Origin: Vampirovibrionaceae bacterium NZW_1234 | Lineage (GTDB): Bacteria > Cyanobacteriota > Vampirovibrionia > Vampirovibrionales > JAGQHJ01 | NCBI GenBank assembly: GCA_041697335.1 | Contig: JBGUGD010000007.1 | Coordinates: 64,001-128,000, forward strand | Reading direction: 5' to 3' | DNA: 64,000 nt | Shown here: in pieces, positions 40,122-49,191 of the stretch | Layout: the number at the start of each line of letters is the position of its first letter | Numbering within the stretch: position 1 is the stretch's first letter | Program-made: the position numbers and the translations under genes | Notes under the pieces: generated by a model | Databases searched by the model: none | The model's input: the letters and a program-made list of their open reading frames with translations, nothing else | What the model was told of the DNA's origin: nothing

Positions 40122-41162
40122 ATGTCAACAGGAGCAATGCCTATGATTCTCGTCACCGGTGGTGCTGGCTATATCGGCAGCCATTTTGTGAAAACCTACT
40201 TGGATACTCACCCGGATGAATCGGTTGTAGTGGTGGATAACCTGTCCGAGGGCCATCGTGATGCGGTGTCCTATTCTGATCGCATTCAACTGATTCAGGA
40301 AGATATTGGCGATGCACGCGGCATGCATGCCGTGTTTGCTCAATACCCCATTGATGCCGTCGTTCACTTTGCGGCCAGTTGCTATGTGGGCGAATCGCAA
40401 GTAAATCCCACCAAATATTTTCAAAATAATGTGGTCCAATCCTTGCATCTGTTTAAAGCCATGGATGAGGCCGGGATTAAGCGCATCGTCTTTTCTTCGA
40501 CCTGTGCCACCTATGGTCACCCGGTACGTCTGCCCCTGGATGAAACCCATCCGCAAGCACCGATCAATATCTATGGTCTCACCAAGTTGATGATTGAACA
40601 GGCCTTGCAAGGGTACTGTAGTTCATTAGGCTGGTCTGCTGTTGCGCTTCGCTATTTTAATGCTGCCGGTGCCGATTCAAGCGGGTTGCTGGGTGAAGCC
40701 CATGAGCCGGAAACCCATTTGGTTCCTCTGGTGCTTCAGGCTGCTTTGGGAAAACGCCCCAGTATTGATGTCTATGGCGATGACTATGATACGCCCGATG
40801 GCACCTGTATTCGTGATTACATTCATGTGACGGATCTGGCTTATGCGCACTGTCGCGCTCTGGAACATCTATCTGAGCAGCAGGGCTTTGATGCCATTAA
40901 TCTTGGAACCACCTACGGTACTTCGGTTAAAGAGATTATTGCTCTGTGTGAAGAGGTGACCGGACATTCTATTCCTGTCAAAGTCGTCCCCCGTCGTCCG
41001 GGAGACCCGGCCCGCCTGGTCGCGAATGCGGATAAAGCCTTGACGCGTCTGGGATGGCAAACCCAAATTTCCATGAAAACCATTATTGAAACCGCATGGC
41101 AGTGGGAAACCAATCGGAAGTATTCAGGTCATGACTCACTTGTCGCCACACCTCGGGCTTGA
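40122..41162 (+). CDS. galE: UDP-glucose 4-epimerase
   Basis: TGGAGYIGSH, HFAA...VGES, FSSTCATYG, YGLTK, LRYFNAAG, DGTCIRDYIHVTDLA, RRPGDP. Confidence 0.96.
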   Translation: MSTGAMPMILVTGGAGYIGSHFVKTYLDTHPDESVVVVDNLSEGHRDAVSYSDRIQLIQEDIGDARGMHAVFAQYPIDAVVHFAASCYVGESQVNPTKYFQNNVVQSLHLFKAMDEAGIKRIVFSSTCATYGHPVRLPLDETHPQAPINIYGLTKLMIEQALQGYCSSLGWSAVALRYFNAAGADSSGLLGEAHEPETHLVPLVLQAALGKRPSIDVYGDDYDTPDGTCIRDYIHVTDLAYAHCRALEHLSEQQGFDAINLGTTYGTSVKEIIALCEEVTGHSIPVKVVPRRPGDPARLVANADKALTRLGWQTQISMKTIIETAWQWETNRKYSGHDSLVATPRA

Positions 41163-42339
41163 ACGACGATTAAACGAGCAGTTTGATGGGGTCTTTGATT
41201 CGGGACGCCTGGGTGCGTTTATGGCATTTGCTCAGCAAGTGCTGCCCTCGCTGGTTCCAATTCCCGATCCCCATCCGGTTGAGGCGCTTGTGATCCGGGA
41301 TACGTCAGAGGTTCTTCCGGAACGAGCCCAACTGCATAGTGGTCAACTGACACTGGTTGTCACGCGGGAATTGGGAATTCGCCTGGTGTATCAAGGCCAG
41401 CAAGTGACAACGGACACGGTAAATATTCCCTTTCACTATCCCTGGTTTTGCCCCGATCCCACCGATCAAGAGCGGGTGGCCGAATTTGCGGCGAAACACG
41501 TAGCCCGAGGAACACGGGCCGATACCTGGCCGGAAGATCAATGGCCACAGGTGGGGGGTGTCAAGCAGGGGGAACAAAATTGGCCGCCTCGTAGCGTGGC
41601 CTTTGGCCCTTATAATTTAATGCTCCTGACGGATGGGCCAGCCCGGGCAATCTCCGTGACCTTGCCACCGGATTCAACGGGCCGCATTGCTCCAAATGCC
41701 TATGGCGTCATCCCTCGGGGATTGTTTTCGGTGACCCCGGAAGGGCAAGTGCTGTTGGCCTGGCAGAACGATAACCAGTCAGAACTTGGCCTGCACTGGG
41801 CAGCCTGGTTAATTTTAGGCTTTGCCATGCCCAAGGTGGCCCCCTCATACCACAATCCTTCAGTTATTTTTGCCTTTCCCGACGATGAGAGCCCGGATCC
41901 GGTGACGAATCGCATGGGACGGGTATGGAACTACTATGAGGTCGAGGGGCAGACGATAGCCCTGATCAATCCCCATATCAAGACCTTGAACGAGCCCTTC
42001 AAGAAGTTTTATCGCAATACCAACTGGGCTATGGTTGCAGTCAAAGGGGCAGACCATGTGATTGTGGCACGGAGCATCTTGCAGCATGAGGAGCAGTTTT
42101 TTCCGTTTCTCGAGCACGGGGCTTATTTTATCGAGGCTGAGTTCACTGGTCCGCGGGTGCCTCCGGGAGAAAAAAGTACCGTTTTGAGCCAATACGATTT
42201 TCTTTCCGTACATCGACTGACGCAAGGAAGTATGACACGATTGTCTACCGAGGACGGCCTGTTTGAAAGGGATGTGCTGGCTATTTTACGATGCCTGATT
42301 CAGGCATTTCATGTCGGTAATGTTTCTGCAGACTCTTGA
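41131..42339 (+). CDS. hypothetical protein, possibly galactose-mutarotase-like beta-sandwich (DUF4380-like)
   Basis: overlaps the galE 3' end; N...WAAW and YFIEAEFTGP..PPGE segments resemble that fold. Confidence 0.55.
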   Translation: MTHLSPHLGLERRLNEQFDGVFDSGRLGAFMAFAQQVLPSLVPIPDPHPVEALVIRDTSEVLPERAQLHSGQLTLVVTRELGIRLVYQGQQVTTDTVNIPFHYPWFCPDPTDQERVAEFAAKHVARGTRADTWPEDQWPQVGGVKQGEQNWPPRSVAFGPYNLMLLTDGPARAISVTLPPDSTGRIAPNAYGVIPRGLFSVTPEGQVLLAWQNDNQSELGLHWAAWLILGFAMPKVAPSYHNPSVIFAFPDDESPDPVTNRMGRVWNYYEVEGQTIALINPHIKTLNEPFKKFYRNTNWAMVAVKGADHVIVARSILQHEEQFFPFLEHGAYFIEAEFTGPRVPPGEKSTVLSQYDFLSVHRLTQGSMTRLSTEDGLFERDVLAILRCLIQAFHVGNVSADS

Positions 42340-42522
42340 GAGGCGCAACTCGGCCAACATATCCGTATTGCTTGAACTTGCCCCTAAGCTCGAAATTTAC
42401 ATCGGGTCAGCCTAAATGCCCGATATCCGGGCAATGTCGAAGTCTAGAAATCCTGGGTACACTAATTAACATGGGGATTAACCAAAAAGTACAATTATAA
42501 ATACGTAATTAGGAGAGGGACC

Positions 42523-42918
42523 ATGGCAACCACAATGGGTGTTACTCGGGTCGATCCGGCCAAAGCCAAAGCGTTTTTTGAAGCCGAGATGGCTTTTACA
42601 ACCGGACCTGTTGAATTAGATCGTCTTCGCAGGCAGCATCCCGATGATATTGTGATTGTGGATGTTCGAGAGGCCGAGGATTATTTACAAGGCCATATTC
42701 CGGGTGCCGTTAACTTACCCAAAGAAAAATGGGCCACGCTGGAGGGATTGAGCAAAGACAAGCAGAACATTTTGTATTGTTATTCCGCAGTTTGCCACTT
42801 AGCGAAAACGGCGGCCGTTGAATTTGCCAATCAAGGCTATCCTGTCATGGAAATGGATGGAGGCTTCCGCTCCTGGAAAGAGCATGACCTCGATATTGAA
42901 TCTATTACCCAGCGCTAA
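42523..42918 (+). CDS. rhodanese-like domain protein
   Basis: VDVRE...GHIPGAVNLP...YCYSAVCHLA...MDGGFRSW. Confidence 0.92.
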   Translation: MATTMGVTRVDPAKAKAFFEAEMAFTTGPVELDRLRRQHPDDIVIVDVREAEDYLQGHIPGAVNLPKEKWATLEGLSKDKQNILYCYSAVCHLAKTAAVEFANQGYPVMEMDGGFRSWKEHDLDIESITQR

Positions 42919-42930
42919 CGAGGGTGATGC

Positions 42931-43368
42931 ATGACGGCTCAAAAGAAAACATATTCCTTTGGGCAGGTGTTCCTAATTGGAATCTTGTTTTTAATTGGGT
43001 TGCGGATTGTGTCCGGGGTATTGTGGATGCTGATTGTGACTTTTCAGCCTTCACCAGGACAGATCCATGCATTTGAGCAGGTTACGCAACGGGTTCCAGT
43101 GCCGTTTCTGTTTTTGCTGATTCCCTTTGTGTTGGCGGCAATCATTATTTTTGTTTCCAGGCCAAAGCCTCAACGACCCTACTCGTTGCATTCCGTGCCA
43201 ACGGTCCCGCTTGATGAAACGGAGACTCAACTGAATGAGCGCTTATTTCGTCCTACCTACTCGCAGGCCCATTTGCTGCAAATTTTAAAAATCATAACCA
43301 TTCTTTGGAGCGTTATTTTCTTAACCCAGCTGATGTTTTATTTCGCCTTTAGTAGCTATCGCAACTAA
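42931..43368 (+). CDS. hypothetical membrane protein (3 TM)
   Basis: three hydrophobic segments; GAGGG RBS. Confidence 0.7.
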   Translation: MTAQKKTYSFGQVFLIGILFLIGLRIVSGVLWMLIVTFQPSPGQIHAFEQVTQRVPVPFLFLLIPFVLAAIIIFVSRPKPQRPYSLHSVPTVPLDETETQLNERLFRPTYSQAHLLQILKIITILWSVIFLTQLMFYFAFSSYRN

Positions 43369-43692
43369 ATTCACGGAGTTCTGTCCTCCCAGATGTTTTT
43401 ATCACGCTAAAAGTGCTATCCAGAGAAAATTCTATTAAAACACGGTCGTGTCAGGCTGATCTCATAGGGGGGCTCGAAAAACTAAACAGCAAGGCAGTTG
43501 TGATGCCGTGGAAAGACCTTCTATTATCTTAAGACACGGACTCAAAATACCGATGCTATGCTTCGGGAGTATCTCATAGGTGACTCGGGTTGGAGATTAA
43601 AATCCTGTTTCAGCCTCTGCAAATACATCATTCTTATGGGATTTATAGTTGGTGATCTCAGATTCTAATAATGAGGTAAAGGAGAAATAGCG

Positions 43693-44142
43693 ATGACCAT
43701 GAAACTGTTTACCTTGCTTAAAGACGATCATGAAACCGTCAAACGTGGCTTTAAAGATCTGATGAGCGAGGAGGAAATCAATGTCCAGGATCTTGAGGTA
43801 ATCTGTAACCAGTTGACCTTGCATATGCAATTAGAAGAGAAATTCCTCTATCCAGTGATGCAGGAGCAGGAGTCGGCCCGAGAGTTAACCGAAGAGGCTA
43901 TTTTGGAGCATAAAGAAGCTGAACGTATTATGAAGGAAATTCAGGGCGGCAAACTGGATCCGATGGAACTGAAAGTCAAAGCCGAAATGTTGCAGTTGGC
44001 CATCGAACATCATGTTGAGGAAGAAGAATCAACATTTTTTGAGGAAGTTCGAAATTGTTTGTCTGAAGATCAAATAGATGAAATTTCTCAGCAAATGGTT
44101 GCCTTTAAGCAACAAGCCGAGAAGAAATCGGTTCGCAAGTAA
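43693..44142 (+). CDS. hemerythrin (HHE) domain protein
   Basis: DDH, HMQLEEKFLYP, EH, HHVEEEE motifs. Confidence 0.92.
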   Translation: MTMKLFTLLKDDHETVKRGFKDLMSEEEINVQDLEVICNQLTLHMQLEEKFLYPVMQEQESARELTEEAILEHKEAERIMKEIQGGKLDPMELKVKAEMLQLAIEHHVEEEESTFFEEVRNCLSEDQIDEISQQMVAFKQQAEKKSVRK

Positions 44143-44170
44143 CACGATCTATTCCAGTCTTAGTGCAAGG

Positions 44171-44210
44171 AACCTACTGTGTCTTTTTAATGCACAGTAG
44201 GTTTTTTGTT
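44171..44210 (+). terminator. intrinsic terminator
   Basis: AACCTACTGTG / CACAGTAGGTT stem followed by a T-tract. Confidence 0.8.
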
Positions 44211-44377
44211 ACTCCTTTCCTATCAAGGGTAATCAGGCTTAATGTATATTCATGACAGAGTTGGGATGCCTGTGAAGTAGATCTGGTATTTCTGGTAATG
44301 CTTAATGGTTTAGAACCCGATAGGGTATACATAAGGGGTTTTTAAGAAGAGATTTGAAGACAAGAGGAGAGGTATTG

Positions 44378-44836
44378 ATGAATGCGTTTTTACACGAGAT
44401 TGTGCAGCGGACTCACCCGGCTTTAGTGCATTTTCCGATTACTCTCTTTCCGGTGAGCCTGTTTTTTTTGCTCCTCTACTGGTGGCGTCAAGATGGGACC
44501 TGGCTGGAGTCGAGCTATGCGTGTTACATGATTGCCGTGGTTTTTATCATTCCCGTGGCCATTACAGGGATAATGGATTATGTACGGCTGAAGCCGCATG
44601 ATGATAAAGCCCATGGGGCCCTGATGTGGCATGTGTATAATGGGGTTTTAATTACACTCATCAGTTTGGTTTCAGGGATTTATTTCTGGCAACGGTCGCC
44701 TATCGAGAATGAGTTTCAGCTGCCGGGCTACACCTTGTGTACCGTTGTTCTAAGTGCCCTGGTGCTCATTCAAGGGGCCATTGCGGCTCTTATGATTTAT
44801 CAACACAAGTTGGGCGTCGAAGGCGAGACTCGCTAA
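44378..44836 (+). CDS. DUF2231 family membrane protein
   Basis: HPALVHFPI, AITGIMD, WH...N, C-terminal LMIYQHKLGV; GAGGAG RBS. Confidence 0.85.
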   Translation: MNAFLHEIVQRTHPALVHFPITLFPVSLFFLLLYWWRQDGTWLESSYACYMIAVVFIIPVAITGIMDYVRLKPHDDKAHGALMWHVYNGVLITLISLVSGIYFWQRSPIENEFQLPGYTLCTVVLSALVLIQGAIAALMIYQHKLGVEGETR

Positions 44837-44840
44837 ACTG

Positions 44841-45560
44841 CTATTCGGCCAAACAAGATTTTCGATAAAGACCGGCTGTGTTGTGAGCAATTCTTGTGGG
44901 CTCCGGCAAACGGTATTGTTTAAGACAGCGTAAAACCCATTCGATGGCTGTGGGTAGGGAAACCTTGTGCCCAATGGAAATATAGACCGGATTCGCCCGT
45001 GGCCTCGTACGCAGGCACATCGCAATTTCCTGTTTTTTCCAGATCAAAGGGACTGTGCTTCCGGGTTCTTCCGGGAGCGGTCCTGCAGGTTTGCCGACCA
45101 ATATAGATTTTGCAACGCCAATGGTTGGACAATCCAAGACCACGCCCAAGTGGCTGGCGATTCCCAATTGCCGCGGATGGCTGATGCCATGCCCATCCAC
45201 CAAAATCAGATCGGGTTTGGGGATGAGTTTCTTATAGGCCTCAACCAGGGCCGGAACTTCTCGAAATGCCAGAAATCCCGGAATATATGCCAAGGTGCTT
45301 TTGCCGGTCACCGTCGCCGAATTTAACATGGCAAGCCCTGTGACATCGAGACTGACCATGGCCGCATAAATCTGGTTTTCCGGGTCAAACCGCGTGGTAC
45401 TCACATCTGCTCCGCCGATATAGGCGACTGTCGCCGGGAGTGCGTCATGCCGAATCACCCGCTGAGCCAACTCCTGTTGAATCCGCATAGCCTGATCCAG
45501 CGAGGTGGGATATAACCACTCTTTCGGGAACGGTTTTAAGATGGGCATGATATGAGACAT
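44841..45560 (-). CDS. nfi: endonuclease V (deoxyinosine 3' endonuclease)
   Basis: GADVS, YIPGFLAFRE, LVDGHGISHPRQLGIASH, IGVAKS, YISIGH, YRLPEPTR. Confidence 0.96.
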   Translation of the reverse strand: MSHIMPILKPFPKEWLYPTSLDQAMRIQQELAQRVIRHDALPATVAYIGGADVSTTRFDPENQIYAAMVSLDVTGLAMLNSATVTGKSTLAYIPGFLAFREVPALVEAYKKLIPKPDLILVDGHGISHPRQLGIASHLGVVLDCPTIGVAKSILVGKPAGPLPEEPGSTVPLIWKKQEIAMCLRTRPRANPVYISIGHKVSLPTAIEWVLRCLKQYRLPEPTRIAHNTAGLYRKSCLAE

Positions 45561-45598
45561 AACCAGACTCGATCGTTTTTTGGGAGTGTATCAGGGCA

Positions 45599-46432
45599 TC
45601 AGGTGCACCGGAAGCGCCCACCATTGGGGTGAAGAATCTGCCCGAGCAGGTAGGAGGATTCTTCACTGGCCAGAAACAGAAAGCAATGGGCCACTTCCAG
45701 TGGCTCTCCGGCACGTTTGAGCAGCGTATTTTTACCGAAGGTTTCCAGATGCTCCGGCGTAAAGGTGGATACGACCAAAGGTGTCCAAATCGGGCCAGGA
45801 GCAACCCCGTTAACCCGGATTCCTCGTTCGGCCAAATTTTCAGCCAAGGAGCGAGTAAAGGCTACGATAGCCCCTTTGGTTGAGGCATAGTCCATTAAAT
45901 GCGCAGAGCCTTCATAAGCCGTAATCGAGGTGGTATTAATAATGCTGCTCCCTGCTTTCATGTGCGGCAGAGCGGCCTTCGTCAAGAAAAACATGGAAAA
46001 GATATTGGCCTCAAAGGTTTTTCTCAGCTGGTCTTCGCTAATATCTTCCAATCGCTGCTGTTCAACATGGGTTCCGGCATTATTAATCAGGATATCGATT
46101 TTACCATAGTGCTTCACAACATCGTCGATGACCTGGCGACAAAAGGCTTCGCTGCCTAAATCTCCGGCAATGGAAATGCAATCTCTGCCCATGTCCGTAA
46201 CGGTGTGTTTGACCTCGTTGGCATCGGCATGCTCTTCCATGTAGACAAAGGCAATATCGGCGCCCTCTTTGGCAAAAAGCGTGCAGATGGCTTTTCCAAT
46301 CCCACTATCGCCACCCGTCACCAAGGCGACTTTATTTTTTAATTTATCTGACGGACGATACCGAGGGTCATCGGTAATGGGTTTGGGATGCATGGTTTGT
46401 TCCGAGCCTGAGGGTTTCAGTTTGGTTGACAT
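45599..46432 (-). CDS. SDR oxidoreductase (YhdF/YghA general-stress type)
   Basis: TGGDSGIG, NNAG, DYASTKGAIVAFTRSLA, VNGVAPGPIWTPL. Confidence 0.93.
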   Translation of the reverse strand: MSTKLKPSGSEQTMHPKPITDDPRYRPSDKLKNKVALVTGGDSGIGKAICTLFAKEGADIAFVYMEEHADANEVKHTVTDMGRDCISIAGDLGSEAFCRQVIDDVVKHYGKIDILINNAGTHVEQQRLEDISEDQLRKTFEANIFSMFFLTKAALPHMKAGSSIINTTSITAYEGSAHLMDYASTKGAIVAFTRSLAENLAERGIRVNGVAPGPIWTPLVVSTFTPEHLETFGKNTLLKRAGEPLEVAHCFLFLASEESSYLLGQILHPNGGRFRCT

Positions 46433-46473
46433 GGGGTCTTCCTCCTGACCGTTGCTACAGACATGGCTTTTTA

Positions 46474-46884
46474 TTAGTGATTGGATTTGTCGCGGTTTTT
46501 CGCTTCATGTGGCGGGAGCTGTGTTGTTTCCTCCGAGGCTCCTCCTCCGGCATAGACTGTATCATCAGGATCCACAGGCGCCCGACTGTGCTTACTTCCT
46601 AGATTACCGCTGGAACCGGCACCCATGCCGCGCTCTTCGTTCAGGCCAAGTTCTTTGGTGCGCTGTCCGGTGGCCAAATCAGAAATCCGGCCGCCAGGTG
46701 TGCCGCGTCCGGTTAGGTCAGGAACGGTGTCATTCACTTTTTTAAGGCTGGCTGTTACTGCTTCGGCATCCAGGTTTTCTTCAGGCAGATCAATATCCAA
46801 GACATCATCCGTGCCTTCCGTGCGATTCGATACGGTTCCACCGCCTGGGGCACCGGGATTTGATTTATGGGCTTTTCCAACCAT
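46474..46884 (-). CDS. hydrophilic low-complexity hypothetical protein
   Basis: GGAGGGAAGGAG RBS; G/D/E/T-rich, apparently disordered. Confidence 0.7.
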   Translation of the reverse strand: MVGKAHKSNPGAPGGGTVSNRTEGTDDVLDIDLPEENLDAEAVTASLKKVNDTVPDLTGRGTPGGRISDLATGQRTKELGLNEERGMGAGSSGNLGSKHSRAPVDPDDTVYAGGGASEETTQLPPHEAKNRDKSNH

Positions 46885-47041
46885 GGGACTCCTTCCCTCC
46901 TTCTCTGTTTTAAAGTGCCATAGGTAGTATAGAGTGTTTTTTAGCGGGCGTTATGCCTCCGTGTGGCTATTCCGTTTTCTTCCCTATACAAGCAACGATG
47001 ACATTAGTGACGGCATACAGATGCTGATGTGTGATTCCAAA

Positions 47042-47788
47042 TTACGGGGACTCGATGCCCCAAGAAGCCGCTGTGTTTCGAGGTACAACCGTTCGGGGCT
47101 GTGCAAACCGAGGGGCTTTTCTTGGGGTGACCCCAACCTGCTGGCAGAGGTGGCTGACGGGGCAGATATCGCATTTGGGAAAATTGGCCACGCAAATGTC
47201 TTGCCCATGACGGACCAGGACGCGATTGATGGTGTTCCAGTATCGACGCGGCAAAATGGCTTCCAGGGCTTCTTGGGTGGCTTCCGGTGTCCGTGTCAGG
47301 ACGTAGCCCAGCCGATTGCAAATACGGTGCACATGGGTATCCACGCTGATGGCTGGTAACCCAAAGCCCATAGATAGCACCAGACTGGCAGTTTTTGGTC
47401 CCACCCCACGAATGGAGAGCAATGCCTCTCGTGTATCAGGAACCTGCCCATCAAACCGGGTCAGCAACTCATGGCACACATGCTTTAAGGTTCCCACTTT
47501 GCCTTGCCAGAACTGAACCGGTCTGATGAGCTGTCCCAGAGTTTCGTCAGACATGGCGATCAGATCTGCCGGTGTTTGGACTTGCCTGAACAACTTGCCA
47601 CAGACCGGCATCGTTGCTCTATCCGGACTGCGGATGCTGAGCAGGCAACAGATGAGAACTTTAAAGGGTTCCTGCTGGGTCACGTCGGCCATGGGATGAT
47701 ACGGATACACCTTTTCCAGAATCTCCATCAGGGCATCAATGGGATAGGATGTGGAGAGAACGGGAGTATTTTCATCAAATGGCAACAT
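47042..47788 (-). CDS. nth: endonuclease III (HhH-GPD, 4Fe-4S)
   Basis: PFKVLICCLLS, GVGPKTA, VDTHVHRICNRLG, C-x6-C-x2-C-x5-C. Confidence 0.93.
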   Translation of the reverse strand: MLPFDENTPVLSTSYPIDALMEILEKVYPYHPMADVTQQEPFKVLICCLLSIRSPDRATMPVCGKLFRQVQTPADLIAMSDETLGQLIRPVQFWQGKVGTLKHVCHELLTRFDGQVPDTREALLSIRGVGPKTASLVLSMGFGLPAISVDTHVHRICNRLGYVLTRTPEATQEALEAILPRRYWNTINRVLVRHGQDICVANFPKCDICPVSHLCQQVGVTPRKAPRFAQPRTVVPRNTAASWGIESP

Positions 47789-47809
47789 AACCCCCCCAAG
47801 GGACGCGGC

Positions 47810-49042
47810 TTAACGGCCACGTCCCTGTAATGCCATTGGGCGTTGAAAATTCGGGACCGGGTGTTCACCGTTGATTTCCAGCCGGTAATCGGACCCGGAT
47901 ACCCGGACAATTTCATCAATAACGGCTTCGCTCGGTACAAACCCGTCCCCATTGACCATTTGCTGGTACATCCGATAGCGCTCTGGGGCCTGCTCCATGG
48001 GGACCACGTTTTCCAGGTCGGCCGTCAGGTTCACCTGTTCAGCCAGGACCCGTCGCACATAGTCTTTGTTGGATTGAAATACCAGAGGCTGTGGCATGGT
48101 TTTGGGCAGAAATTCCGCCGGATCGCGATTTTCAATCTGTTTCATCAACTCGCATGCCATCCGCAGGTGCTCGATTTCCATCATCAGGTGAATTTCCCAC
48201 ATCCGGCGCAAGCGGCTATCGGACTCCTGGTTCATAAAGGAGTGGTACAAATAGCATTCGTTATATTCGTGCCACACGAGGCCTTCGGCCCAACTGGTCG
48301 TGGGATCCAGGAGTGATTCGTAGTGAGTGACGTGCTGTTCTTCGATCTGGGCAATCTCCTGATACAAGGCTCGGGCAATGGGTTCCGTTGGGCGGTTGCC
48401 AACGTTCATATAGTAGTTCATGGTCTGCTGCTCTGCGCCCAGAATGGTTAAGGCATGCAACACGGATTCGGGTGCGGCTGTTTTGGCATCCATGGGCATG
48501 CGCACATCGTCATACGGGTGTCGGTGTTCCATGATGGTCGGACGCCCCGGCATGATTTCAGTCAAGGTGTCCACGATTTTTTCGGCTTTTTTATGCTCCA
48601 ACAGATCCATCAAGTCGGCATAGCGATACAAATGATCAAAATCTTCCAGTAAGCCAAATTCATAGGCCTGGCGCAAATAGGCGTCGGGTTCTTTTTGTGC
48701 AACGGCGGCAGTCAGATCTACGGCCACTTGTTCATAGCCGATGGTCACTTCCAGGTTGCTGGCATCGCCCGGAGTCAGCCAGTTAACAGCTTTTTGCTGC
48801 TGCTGCTCGACACGGCGAACGAGGGCCAGCTGTCGCCGAATCTCGTTGCTGGGGCAATGACGTGCAAATTGGTGGGAATAGACGATGCTCTCCATTTCGA
48901 GGCCATTTAACGTAATGACCCGGGTTTGGGTGTAAGGGTCTACTTTTTCCTTGTCGTAGGGCATGACGTTCAGTTCGGCCCAATTACGGAATTGCTTTTC
49001 CATGGGCATGCCTTTTTCTTCAAGCGGGTTAAAGCTCGTCAT
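47810..49042 (-). CDS. ferritin-like (double four-helix bundle) hypothetical protein
   Basis: multiple E-x-x-H-type motifs (EDFDH, EEQH, EIEH); GAGGAG RBS. Confidence 0.7.
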   Translation of the reverse strand: MTSFNPLEEKGMPMEKQFRNWAELNVMPYDKEKVDPYTQTRVITLNGLEMESIVYSHQFARHCPSNEIRRQLALVRRVEQQQQKAVNWLTPGDASNLEVTIGYEQVAVDLTAAVAQKEPDAYLRQAYEFGLLEDFDHLYRYADLMDLLEHKKAEKIVDTLTEIMPGRPTIMEHRHPYDDVRMPMDAKTAAPESVLHALTILGAEQQTMNYYMNVGNRPTEPIARALYQEIAQIEEQHVTHYESLLDPTTSWAEGLVWHEYNECYLYHSFMNQESDSRLRRMWEIHLMMEIEHLRMACELMKQIENRDPAEFLPKTMPQPLVFQSNKDYVRRVLAEQVNLTADLENVVPMEQAPERYRMYQQMVNGDGFVPSEAVIDEIVRVSGSDYRLEINGEHPVPNFQRPMALQGRGR

Positions 49043-49191
49043 GACAGTTACTCCTCATTCATTCTCTATCATTCTCTATCGCCAGCAATTTTTAGCGGAT
49101 ACGGACACGGCTATCCAGGTAGGTTTGGTGTGTCTTACCTTCGCGTGTCTTTTCGAATTCCACCATCCCTCAACGGAGGATGGATTCGTTT

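Noticed and set aside
49061..49080. ATTCTCTATC x2 direct repeat upstream of the ferritin-like gene
   Set aside because: Only two 10-nt copies next to the RBS; may be a chance duplication, with no further support
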